The notes: generated from the sequence alone by a model not told the origin. Shown: positions 48,844 through 56,333, counted from the first letter of the stretch. The stretch is 57,108 bases of DNA from an uncultured Clostridium sp. (GCA_964567085.1 CAZMKU010000002.1:1-57108), one strand, 5' to 3'. Program-made: numbers and translations.

Positions 48844-51573
48844 CTATTTATAATTACAAATAAGAGTTGCTCTCGTCAAATAGTCATTCGCTCTCCCGAT
48901 AGAAATCTTATCCCACTCTTTTTGTGTTCCCGTATAATATACCGTTTTAAGGCTTGTGCAATAAACAAACGCATAATCACCTATGCTTGTTACACTTTCG
49001 GGGATAGTTATGCTCTTAAGGCTCGTGCAACCAGAGAACGCATAATCACCGATGCTTGTTACACTATCGGGGATAGTTATACTCTTAAGACTTGTGCAAT
49101 TATAGAATGCCAAAGAGCCTATGCTTGTTACACTTTCGGGGATAGTTATGCTCTCGAGGTGAGAATATCCATAAAATGCTCGTAGCGAAATACTCGTTCC
49201 ACTCGTAATAACAACTTTTTTCAAGTTGCCCGACGGAATATATTGCATTATTTCCGCGGGGCCCGTTATTGATTCGATGTTACAGTACTTAAACGTATCT
49301 GCATCAATACCTTCTGACGACAATATTGTTATCTCGGTCAACCCACAATCATTTATAGCATATTGATATTGGCCTTCAGCCATAGCCTTATAGGCCTCCA
49401 ACATTAAAACCTGCTCCGAAGTAAGACCCGCAGCCAAGGCCTGTTCATATGCACCCTTATAATCCCCTCTCGACGCTAATTCATTGATTGAAGAAATCAC
49501 CTTTTCATAAATGATATCCATAAGGGAAGTGGAATCTTTATAGTCTTTTATTTCCTTGAATAAAGCATACGCCGATGAATACTGTTGATCATCCATCAGC
49601 TCTATAGCTTCATTGTATTTAAACTCCTTGACTCTATCCTCGCTATCCTTATACCCTTCAAGCTCCTCAAAGATAGATATTGCCTCAGCATATTCGCCCG
49701 CATCCATCAGCGCGATCGCGTCATTATATTTATTGTTAGGAATAATAACGGTGTTCAAAACTATAATAAACACAATAGCCGCAAATACAATAGAGGTTGC
49801 AATAATAACGATTTTTTCGTTGAGCTTTGCTTTCCTTGCTCGCTCTAATTTACGTAGTCTTTCCTTCTCATTTAATTCATCTATCTTTTGCTTGCAATAA
49901 GTAATTAACTCATCGGCGTTTTTATATCCACTAATAGAGGTAAGCAATTTAATAACTTCATAGTAAGAATTAACAGAATTACCGGCGTTCCTTATCTTGC
50001 TTTGAGCCGATGACAAGAAAGCTTCTTTTCTTGCGATTTCGGCTTTTTCAAGGCATTCTTCTACAAGCTCTGCGGAATTCTTGTAGATCAAAATGCGCTG
50101 AAATACAGTAGCCGCCGCCTTGTATGCCGCTTCGCTGTTTGCTATGCTCATTTGTTCCATTGCCGTACTGTATACGCCTTCAAGCTGTGCTTGCTTTGCC
50201 TTCCCAATGCACTCTTCTCTCTTCTCTTTAGCGTCTTTATAATCAATGATAGAGCAAAACTCATCCGCAGCGGCTTTAAAATCAGCCTCCGTCATTGCCG
50301 TATTCATTTTACGGATAGCGACATCATATATAGCATCAAAATTTCTTGTAATTATATAATCTACATATCCACTAAGAGTATTTCTTAATTTCTCATCGCC
50401 AAATCTCATAGCCTTTTGATAATTATTTCTCTTATCAAACGGCTCTCCGCAATCCTTTAATCCATCTTGATTTCGAACGCGCAGCTCCGCCATCAGTTTT
50501 CCGAGATAGGCTTCAGCATTTTCAGGATCCTGATCGAGAACCTTTTCACAATATTCATTGGCAGAATTCCAATCGCCGTCCTCTAAAAACATAAAGACAC
50601 GCTTCAAGAGGGGTGAGACGTTGGCATTCATACTTGAAACAACGGTTTCTTTTACAACGGTAGCAGGCTTAGGTTCATCCTTTTTAACAACTTTCTTTAT
50701 GCCGCGAACGAGGTCATTGATAAAGCCAATCTTTGCCATGTCCTGCGCCTGAAGGTGCGCAAACTCCTCAGGAAGCTCATAAGCATCCATATCACGATAG
50801 CAAGGGATAAGAAGCTTGGAACGATCCTTTTTAATAATCTTCAAGTATCTCGACCACTCGTTCTTTACCCAAACGGCGTTAAAATATTCAGGTCTGGTTC
50901 CAATCGTAAGCATAACCTTTGCAGAATTGAGCGCCGCAAAGATGATAGGCTCGTATGCCGAACCAAGCTTACCCTCAAGAGTTATTGCGGCATAGAATAC
51001 CTTAAATCCCTCCTGCGTAAGCTGATAATAAATATCGTTTGCAATTACGCTGTCCTGCGTCCTTCTTCCGTCAGAATCGGTCTCCTTGTAGCAAATAAAT
51101 ACGTCGTATGCCTCTTCTTTCTGCGCAAGCGCAAGTATCTCCTTCTGTATTCTGTCAATTTCCTTTGCTTGTTCTTCGTAGATAGCACGCTGAGAGAGGT
51201 CTGCATTTTCAATTGCAGACTTATAGTCATCATCAGCTATGATAGAGTCGTAAGATGCTCTGTGACAAGTGGGAATTTTCTTGAACGTAGCGGGATCGTC
51301 AACGTACTCAATACCGTACTTGCAGAGAATAAGACCCCAATATGCCTCGGACTGGGTTGTATCTGCCTGAATTATCTTCTCATAGAGCTTTTCTGCTTTG
51401 TCAAACTCGCTTTTGATACGCAGAGTGTTGGCTCTGTTAAACAAATTCTGAAGATTTTCATCAATAGCCTTCGGCACGGTCTGCTTCGTGCCGCAATAAT
51501 CACATTCCGCAATTGAAACTCCCTCGGCTATTTCGAGGTCTCCACCACACATTTTACATTTAAAAAGTGCCAT
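48844..51573 (-). CDS. 909-aa multidomain protein: N-terminal zinc ribbon, TIR domain, TPR repeats, single TM helix, TPR-like region, BspA-type leucine-rich repeats
   Basis: Zinc ribbon: CKMCGG...CDYCG. TIR-like block (aa ~156-285): YDVFICYKETDSDG...VFYAAITLEGKLGSAYEPIIFAALNSAKVMLTIGT...AVWVKNEWSRYL. TM helix IVIIATSIVFAAIVFIIVLNTVII (nt 49741-49812) is preceded by RLRKLERARKAKLNEK. The C-terminus carries three 23-aa repeats, SITIPxSVTSIGxxAFxxCTSLK. Confidence 0.8.
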   Translation of the reverse strand: MALFKCKMCGGDLEIAEGVSIAECDYCGTKQTVPKAIDENLQNLFNRANTLRIKSEFDKAEKLYEKIIQADTTQSEAYWGLILCKYGIEYVDDPATFKKIPTCHRASYDSIIADDDYKSAIENADLSQRAIYEEQAKEIDRIQKEILALAQKEEAYDVFICYKETDSDGRRTQDSVIANDIYYQLTQEGFKVFYAAITLEGKLGSAYEPIIFAALNSAKVMLTIGTRPEYFNAVWVKNEWSRYLKIIKKDRSKLLIPCYRDMDAYELPEEFAHLQAQDMAKIGFINDLVRGIKKVVKKDEPKPATVVKETVVSSMNANVSPLLKRVFMFLEDGDWNSANEYCEKVLDQDPENAEAYLGKLMAELRVRNQDGLKDCGEPFDKRNNYQKAMRFGDEKLRNTLSGYVDYIITRNFDAIYDVAIRKMNTAMTEADFKAAADEFCSIIDYKDAKEKREECIGKAKQAQLEGVYSTAMEQMSIANSEAAYKAAATVFQRILIYKNSAELVEECLEKAEIARKEAFLSSAQSKIRNAGNSVNSYYEVIKLLTSISGYKNADELITYCKQKIDELNEKERLRKLERARKAKLNEKIVIIATSIVFAAIVFIIVLNTVIIPNNKYNDAIALMDAGEYAEAISIFEELEGYKDSEDRVKEFKYNEAIELMDDQQYSSAYALFKEIKDYKDSTSLMDIIYEKVISSINELASRGDYKGAYEQALAAGLTSEQVLMLEAYKAMAEGQYQYAINDCGLTEITILSSEGIDADTFKYCNIESITGPAEIMQYIPSGNLKKVVITSGTSISLRAFYGYSHLESITIPESVTSIGSLAFYNCTSLKSITIPDSVTSIGDYAFSGCTSLKSITIPESVTSIGDYAFVYCTSLKTVYYTGTQKEWDKISIGRANDYLTRATLICNYK
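48946..49152 (-). repeat. Three tandem 69-nt coding repeats (23-aa LRR units); a degenerate fourth unit extends to about 49215
   Basis: DNA-level near-identity is visible, with ...ATGCTTGTTACACTTTCGGGGATAGTTATGCTCTTAAGGCT... repeated at 69-nt phase. The units encode SITIPESVTSIGSLAFYNCTSLK, SITIPDSVTSIGDYAFSGCTSLK and SITIPESVTSIGDYAFVYCTSLK. Confidence 0.85.
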
Positions 51574-51589
51574 TATTATTGCCCTTCTA

Positions 51590-52285
51590 TTACTTCAAAA
51601 GTTTACATTTTTTATCTCTATCTCCAACCAAGATAACAATCTCATTGGCGATTGTAGCAATATCATCTGTTTCATTCGCTACGGCATCGGCGAGCTTTGC
51701 GAACGTAACGGTAATCTGACCTTCGACAGAAGCGAGCGCTTCGCTGCTCATTGGATCCGAATAACGAATTGCCTCATAGACCTTTTTCGTTGCCGCCTTT
51801 GCTTCGTCGCTCTTGGCTCTTGACATAAGTGTTTCAGCGTCAACGGTCAAGGATTTAATGAAGAAGGTCTGCGCCTTCACTTTTGCATCAACACGCTCGA
51901 TCTCGTCAATAGCGGCAGTTGCCTTGACAACCGAAAGAACGTTAGCCACGAGAACGATAGCGCAAACGATTATGCCAACCCAATATGGAAGAGCGGAGAT
52001 GAGCATACAAAGTCCGCCAACGATAAAGGAAGCGATAAGTCCGATATAACTCGTTCTGATTAAAGAAATATTATAGAACAGCTTCTTTGCGCTATCAGCT
52101 TTAAACGCTATAAAAGAACACGCAAGCTGACCTACGAACATAACAGTGATAAACACGTATCCGATCCAAAAGGACGGTGTGTATTTTTCCTGTCCCGACC
52201 AACCGACGGATACAAATGCGATCACGTTAAAGAGAGCAAGAAGCACCGTCCAAGCTATCGCATATAAACCGAATCTCTTTTTCAT
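51590..52285 (-). CDS. Membrane protein of unknown function (4 TM helices plus a ~100-aa helical C-terminal domain)
   Basis: 231 aa with four clear hydrophobic helices, then an Ala/Lys/Glu-rich soluble tail. A strong RBS (TAGGAGGA) precedes it. Gaps of 15 and 16 nt separate it from the flanking genes, so it is probably co-transcribed with them. Confidence 0.7.
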   Translation of the reverse strand: MKKRFGLYAIAWTVLLALFNVIAFVSVGWSGQEKYTPSFWIGYVFITVMFVGQLACSFIAFKADSAKKLFYNISLIRTSYIGLIASFIVGGLCMLISALPYWVGIIVCAIVLVANVLSVVKATAAIDEIERVDAKVKAQTFFIKSLTVDAETLMSRAKSDEAKAATKKVYEAIRYSDPMSSEALASVEGQITVTFAKLADAVANETDDIATIANEIVILVGDRDKKCKLLK

Positions 52286-52300
52286 TTTATCGTCCTCCTA

Positions 52301-53677
52301 TCAAAGCTTTTCGCCGCATTCAAGGCAGAATTTTGAGCCTGCGGGAATATCCGCGCCGCACTTCGGACAGCTTGTAGCAAACTTATGTCCGCACTCGGGA
52401 CAGAACTTGCCCTTTGCAACCGTCTTGCCGCATTCGGGGCAAACGACGCTGTCTGCGGAAACGACCTTCTCGCCGCACTCAAGACAGAACTTCGCATTTT
52501 GAGGAAGTGTTGCGCCGCACTTCGCGCATTTTGCTTCTACTTCGGTGCTTATGGGCGCGCCAAATCCCTTCATCATACCGCCAAGCTGTGGAGCAACTAC
52601 ACCTGCAGCCGCCATTCCAACGCCAAGCCCTATCATATCCCCTGCAACGCTGCCGCCGCCCGTTATCGTCATATTGCCAAGACCCTCTGCATATGCCTTC
52701 TGAACCTCTGCCTGCATAACGTCCTTTTCGGTATAGCCCTTAGCCCGCATAACCTCGGCTTCCGCAAAACCAGCCATTTTTGCGGCCTGTGCCTCGGTCT
52801 GCGCCTTGATAAGCTCGCGCTCTGCCTCACGCTTTGCGACCTCGGTCTCGGTCGTTTGTCTTTCCATCTCGATCTTTCTGCGAGCCGCCGTAACCTCAGC
52901 CTCGGCATCCGCCTGTGCGGATTTAACAAGAGCCTCTGCCTGAATCATTCTCGTTTGGAAGGAAACCGTGTGCAGCTCCTTCATTCTTCTGAAATTGGGA
53001 TCGTTTTCGGGCAAAGAGATATTTGTTATGTAAAACTCGGGTATTGTTAATCCGTATTCCTCAAAACCGCCCACAATACTCTTCCGCATAATCTCGGAAA
53101 GCGTCTCAAGGCTCTCGTCAATTTCGAGAATATTTATATTATTGGCTTTGATTGCATTTGTCAAGTGGGATTTTACCGCCGTTGAAACAAGAGGACGGAA
53201 TGCGCTTTGAATAGACTTTGTAAAGCCTACGCCATTTTCACCCCAAGCAATACCTCGCATAGTACCAACCAGCTTCAAAAGAAGCTTACGGGAATCCGCT
53301 ACAGCAAGATTCATCTCGCCGCAAGCGCCGATCTCCAATGGAATGCCAAGATTGGGATCGAGAAATCTAACCTTGGAGTCCGTTCCCCATTTCACCGCCA
53401 TCTGCACGGTTTTGTTAATGAAATAGACCTCACAATGAAAGGGGGTCTCTCCACCCGTGGCCTTGTTTATCATCTTACCAAGCTTCGGGATGTTTTGCGT
53501 TTCAAGCGTGTAACGGCCTGCCCCAAACAAATCAAGAGCCTCTCCGTTCATAAAGAAAATCGCCTCTTGTGACTCGTGAACGATAAGCTGTGTAGTCGTG
53601 TTAAAATCCTCGCAAGGATGCTTCCAGATAAACGTGCTGTTGTCGCCCTCGTACTTAATAATGTCAGATATTGCCAT
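52301..53677 (-). CDS. SPFH/Band-7 domain protein of the COG4260 (YdjI-like) type with three C-terminal zinc ribbons
   Basis: The ATG at 53677 (MAISDIIKYEG...) is preceded by GGGAGGA. LIVHESQEAIFFMNGEALDLFGAGRYTLETQNIPKL is the characteristic YdjI-family N-terminus. An Ala/Glu-rich coiled coil follows, then CAKCGATLPQNAKFCLECG, CPECGKTVAKGKFCPECG and CPKCGADIPAGSKFCLECG. The upstream 68 codons in the ORF track are non-coding promoter sequence. Confidence 0.88.
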   Translation of the reverse strand: MAISDIIKYEGDNSTFIWKHPCEDFNTTTQLIVHESQEAIFFMNGEALDLFGAGRYTLETQNIPKLGKMINKATGGETPFHCEVYFINKTVQMAVKWGTDSKVRFLDPNLGIPLEIGACGEMNLAVADSRKLLLKLVGTMRGIAWGENGVGFTKSIQSAFRPLVSTAVKSHLTNAIKANNINILEIDESLETLSEIMRKSIVGGFEEYGLTIPEFYITNISLPENDPNFRRMKELHTVSFQTRMIQAEALVKSAQADAEAEVTAARRKIEMERQTTETEVAKREAERELIKAQTEAQAAKMAGFAEAEVMRAKGYTEKDVMQAEVQKAYAEGLGNMTITGGGSVAGDMIGLGVGMAAAGVVAPQLGGMMKGFGAPISTEVEAKCAKCGATLPQNAKFCLECGEKVVSADSVVCPECGKTVAKGKFCPECGHKFATSCPKCGADIPAGSKFCLECGEKL

Positions 53678-53718
53678 AATTCCTCCCATTTTTCTACATA
53701 AATATCCAAAATTCTTAT

Positions 53719-53777
53719 CTTTAACACAATTATATACTAAAAATATGTTAAAGTCAAGATAAATTCTTAACTTTAAC
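53719..53777. promoter_or_regulatory. Inverted repeat plus a third half-site in the divergent XRE/SPFH promoter region (candidate operator)
   Basis: CTTTAACA (53719-53726), 19 nt, TGTTAAAG (53746-53753), a perfect 8-bp inverted repeat. A further CTTTAAC lies at 53771-53777. All sit within the 120-nt gap between the two divergent start codons. Confidence 0.5.
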
Positions 53778-53797
53778 GATTTTAGGAGGATATAATT

Positions 53798-54040
53798 GTG
53801 AAGATTTACGACTACAACGGCAAGAAAAACATTTGTGGCGACAGAATTCACGAGGCGCGTTGCCGTCACAGGCTCACGCAAAGCGACCTTGCGGCAAAGC
53901 TTCAGGTTGCGGGCATCATTATAGAGCGCGACAGCATATCCCGTATCGAAATCGGCACGAGATTCGTGGCGGACTACGAGCTTCGCGAGCTCGCAAACAT
54001 TCTCGGCGTTACAACCAACTGGCTTTTAGGCTTGGAATAG
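53798..54040 (+). CDS. XRE-family helix-turn-helix transcriptional regulator (80 aa)
   Basis: GTG start with an AGGAGGA RBS. The HTH_3 pattern reads GDRIHEARCRHRLTQSDLAAKLQVAGIIIERDSISRIEIGTR...LRELANILGVTTNWLLG. Confidence 0.88.
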   Translation: MKIYDYNGKKNICGDRIHEARCRHRLTQSDLAAKLQVAGIIIERDSISRIEIGTRFVADYELRELANILGVTTNWLLGLE

Positions 54041-54056
54041 ATCAGCGTATCAATAC

Positions 54057-54084
54057 AAAAAGCAGGCTCACGCCTGCTTTTCTT
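54057..54084. terminator. Bidirectional intrinsic terminator
   Basis: AAAA-AGCAGGC-TCAC-GCCTGCT-TTTC lies between the convergent XRE gene and the 54090-55046 gene. Confidence 0.75.
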
Positions 54085-54089
54085 GATTT

Positions 54090-55046
54090 TCACTCATGAA
54101 TCTGTCTGTTTACGTACGTACATTCGCCGACGGCTTTATACATTGATCTTTCATTATTATTAAACGTGAGTCTGATGCCCATACCACTCGTATAATAATA
54201 AATTTCCTCAATCGCAGTATAAAAATCCTTCTTCGCCGCATCTGCGTCAACGTCAAGCTCATCGGCATTTTCGGCGCACGGCACGCTCGACGCGTCAAGG
54301 GATATAAAGTCACAGGTCTGAAGAATAATTTGCGGCAAATACGATTCGGGATCGCTCACAACAACGTCCTCATAGTCAAGCTCGATACCGATCCTGCAGC
54401 TTCCCACGCCGCTCTTTATATCCGACAAAAACACAAGCACCTCACGAAGATTTTCCTCCGTCACGTCCACGCCCAAAAGCAGAATTTCATCCACTCCCGC
54501 CGCAGCCGCCTCGTGAATCAGCCTGATCTCATACTCCCTTTTCACCTCGGCGATATTGCTCTCGTCAGCGAACGAGCCGACGTACATATAACCGCAAATG
54601 TAACCGCCATACTTATGAATGCTCTGCGCCTCATCCGACAAATCTACACTCTTGTACACACTATCCCAGCCTACCGCCTGCGCGATCTCGGAATTGTAAT
54701 AAAGCGTGCCCTCGGCATCGCGAAGCATAATTGAAAGGTCGGTAATATCCTGACTTAACAAATTGCCGAGCGAATCGGAGAAACGGTAGGTCTGCGCGTT
54801 TACGGGACGCATATCGCCCGACGGCTTGGCTATCTGAATTTCGGGCTCTATATATTCAAACTCCGTGGGTTTCTCGTATTTTTCCGCCTCGGATTTAAGC
54901 TTCAGCCCGACGAGAGTCGCGGCGAGAATTACAAGTCCGATACAGAGCGCCGCAATTAAGCAAATTCCGAGAATTACGGGGATTTTTTTGGAGCGACGGA
55001 TACTTTTCGAGCTTCGTCTGCGATACCGTCTCGTATATTTCGGCAT
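54090..55046 (-). CDS. Membrane-anchored hypothetical protein (basic N-tail, one TM, ~250-aa extracytoplasmic domain)
   Basis: 318 aa. MPKYTRRYRRRSSKSIRRSKK is followed by the TM segment IPVILGICLIAALCIGLVILAATLV. The C-terminal domain might be a TIM-barrel or GHL-like fold (VDEILLLGVDV...), but I cannot assign a family. Confidence 0.55.
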   Translation of the reverse strand: MPKYTRRYRRRSSKSIRRSKKIPVILGICLIAALCIGLVILAATLVGLKLKSEAEKYEKPTEFEYIEPEIQIAKPSGDMRPVNAQTYRFSDSLGNLLSQDITDLSIMLRDAEGTLYYNSEIAQAVGWDSVYKSVDLSDEAQSIHKYGGYICGYMYVGSFADESNIAEVKREYEIRLIHEAAAAGVDEILLLGVDVTEENLREVLVFLSDIKSGVGSCRIGIELDYEDVVVSDPESYLPQIILQTCDFISLDASSVPCAENADELDVDADAAKKDFYTAIEEIYYYTSGMGIRLTFNNNERSMYKAVGECTYVNRQIHE

Positions 55047-55065
55047 ATCCGTCCCCCTCTCTTTT

Positions 55066-56220
55066 TTAGTCTGCGATATTTACGATATCAAGACTCTTGT
55101 AATAATCGTTAGGCTCAAATTCAACCGTTGCGATGATCTCGTTTTTGTAATCAAAATAAACCTTTTCGTGATAGTAGCTAATTATATTATCGTAATTATT
55201 CTTTACGTCATCGATGCTCTTGGGCATTCTCATGATCACGAAATATTCATAATCGGTCTCGACAAGCGCGACTCCGTATTCTTCAATGCTATTCGCCGCC
55301 GCATCGTACTCGTCGCCCATAACGCCGCAGGTTATATAAAATCCCGCAAGAGTATCGGTAACGTAGCCCGATTTATAGTCGCCGTTGTGACCTATATAAT
55401 ACTTCATTTCGTTGTATCTCTCGTCGGTATCGGTTATGCCGTTCAGCTCGGAGATTATAGCCTCGGCCTCGTCAAGCTTCGCCTTATCCGCCGCCTCGTC
55501 GCCCGTCTTTTCATAATAAATATGAATGGTTCTGAAAAAATCGTCGCTTGAGAGCACGTAATTTATAAAATCCTGCGCGTTGGCGTCGGTGTATTTTATT
55601 CTCTCGTTACCGTCGGTTATCATCTTATTCTTTGCCTGAAGATCAAGATAAAGAGTTTTCGTCTTAAATCTCATAAACGCGTCGGTAAGATTGTTTTTCG
55701 CAAGATAATCCTTATACGCGTCAAAATCTCCCGAGAAGTCCTTCGCCACGATGTCCTCGAGCTGAGCCTGAACGTAGTCCTTCGCATCCTGATTGTTTTC
55801 CTTAACGCCAACCTCGTCGCAGATAATAAGCGTCGCGTAGATCTCCTTGAGAGCGTCTATAACGTCTGCCTCAAGCTGATCGCGGTATTTCGCCGCACTC
55901 TCCTCGCTATCCCAGATATCGTCACCGTATTTTTCGCGATACTGCTCCTTTATAACGTAGGTTACGTATTTAAGCTCCTCATACTTTACCTTGTGTCCGT
56001 CGATCTCGCCTATAACCCGTCTGTCCTCGGCGGAGCTTCGTATAGCCTTGACCCCTCCCGTGTCAAAAACGCCGCAGATCGCCATAATTACAACCGCCAC
56101 CGTGGAGACAACGCCTACGGCAATGAGGCTTATCGCGATAATTTTATTGCGTTTTTTCTTTTGATTTTTCTTTTGATTTCCCTTTTGATTTTTCTTTCCG
56201 TTTTTGCTTGAACGTGACAT
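55066..56220 (-). CDS. Membrane-anchored protein with a SurA/PrsA-N-terminal-like chaperone region (no PPIase motif seen)
   Basis: 384 aa. A Lys/Asn/Gln-rich tail is followed by the TM segment IIAISLIAVGVVSTVAVVIMAI. The segment VIGEIDGHKVKYEELKYVTYVIKEQYREKYG...YKDYLAKNNLTDAFMRFKTK resembles SurA_N/PrsA N-domains. Confidence 0.5.
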   Translation of the reverse strand: MSRSSKNGKKNQKGNQKKNQKKKRNKIIAISLIAVGVVSTVAVVIMAICGVFDTGGVKAIRSSAEDRRVIGEIDGHKVKYEELKYVTYVIKEQYREKYGDDIWDSEESAAKYRDQLEADVIDALKEIYATLIICDEVGVKENNQDAKDYVQAQLEDIVAKDFSGDFDAYKDYLAKNNLTDAFMRFKTKTLYLDLQAKNKMITDGNERIKYTDANAQDFINYVLSSDDFFRTIHIYYEKTGDEAADKAKLDEAEAIISELNGITDTDERYNEMKYYIGHNGDYKSGYVTDTLAGFYITCGVMGDEYDAAANSIEEYGVALVETDYEYFVIMRMPKSIDDVKNNYDNIISYYHEKVYFDYKNEIIATVEFEPNDYYKSLDIVNIAD

Positions 56221-56333
56221 TTATATACTCCGTGGAAATAAATATTCTTATCTAATTATACATTATTTTTATGACCGATGTGTGAATACGGGAAAGTTTT
56301 TTGACGTAGACATACAATTTTTTCAATTTATTA

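Noticed and set aside
48946-49215. Possible CRISPR array suggested by regularly spaced repeats
   Set aside because: The repeats are contiguous 69-nt units with no spacers, lie in frame inside a CDS, and encode 23-aa leucine-rich repeats. No cas genes are present in the window.
50755-51516. 253-aa plus-strand ORF inside the TIR gene; 228-aa ORF at 54865-55551
   Set aside because: Both lie antisense to well-supported coding frames in AT-rich DNA, where long open antisense frames arise by chance. They lack an RBS and have implausible composition.
52385-53050. Several overlapping ORFs (221, 101 and 86 aa) on both strands within the 3' half of the SPFH gene
   Set aside because: They are by-products of the GC-rich Ala/Glu coiled-coil and Cys-rich zinc-ribbon coding sequence. 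The SPFH frame is the only one with recognisable motifs.
53678-53881. 68-codon N-terminal extension of the SPFH ORF in the track (MREPVTATRLV...)
   Set aside because: The extension runs through the AT-rich promoter/operator region and overlaps the divergent XRE gene start. The real start at 53677 has a GGGAGGA RBS, and the conserved YdjI-type N-terminus begins there.
48580-54090. Prophage or integrative element boundaries (integrase, att repeats, tRNA) around the TIR cassette
   Set aside because: I found no integrase or recombinase ORF, no tRNA, and no flanking direct repeats. Only compositional skew supports foreign origin, so I did not call a mobile element.
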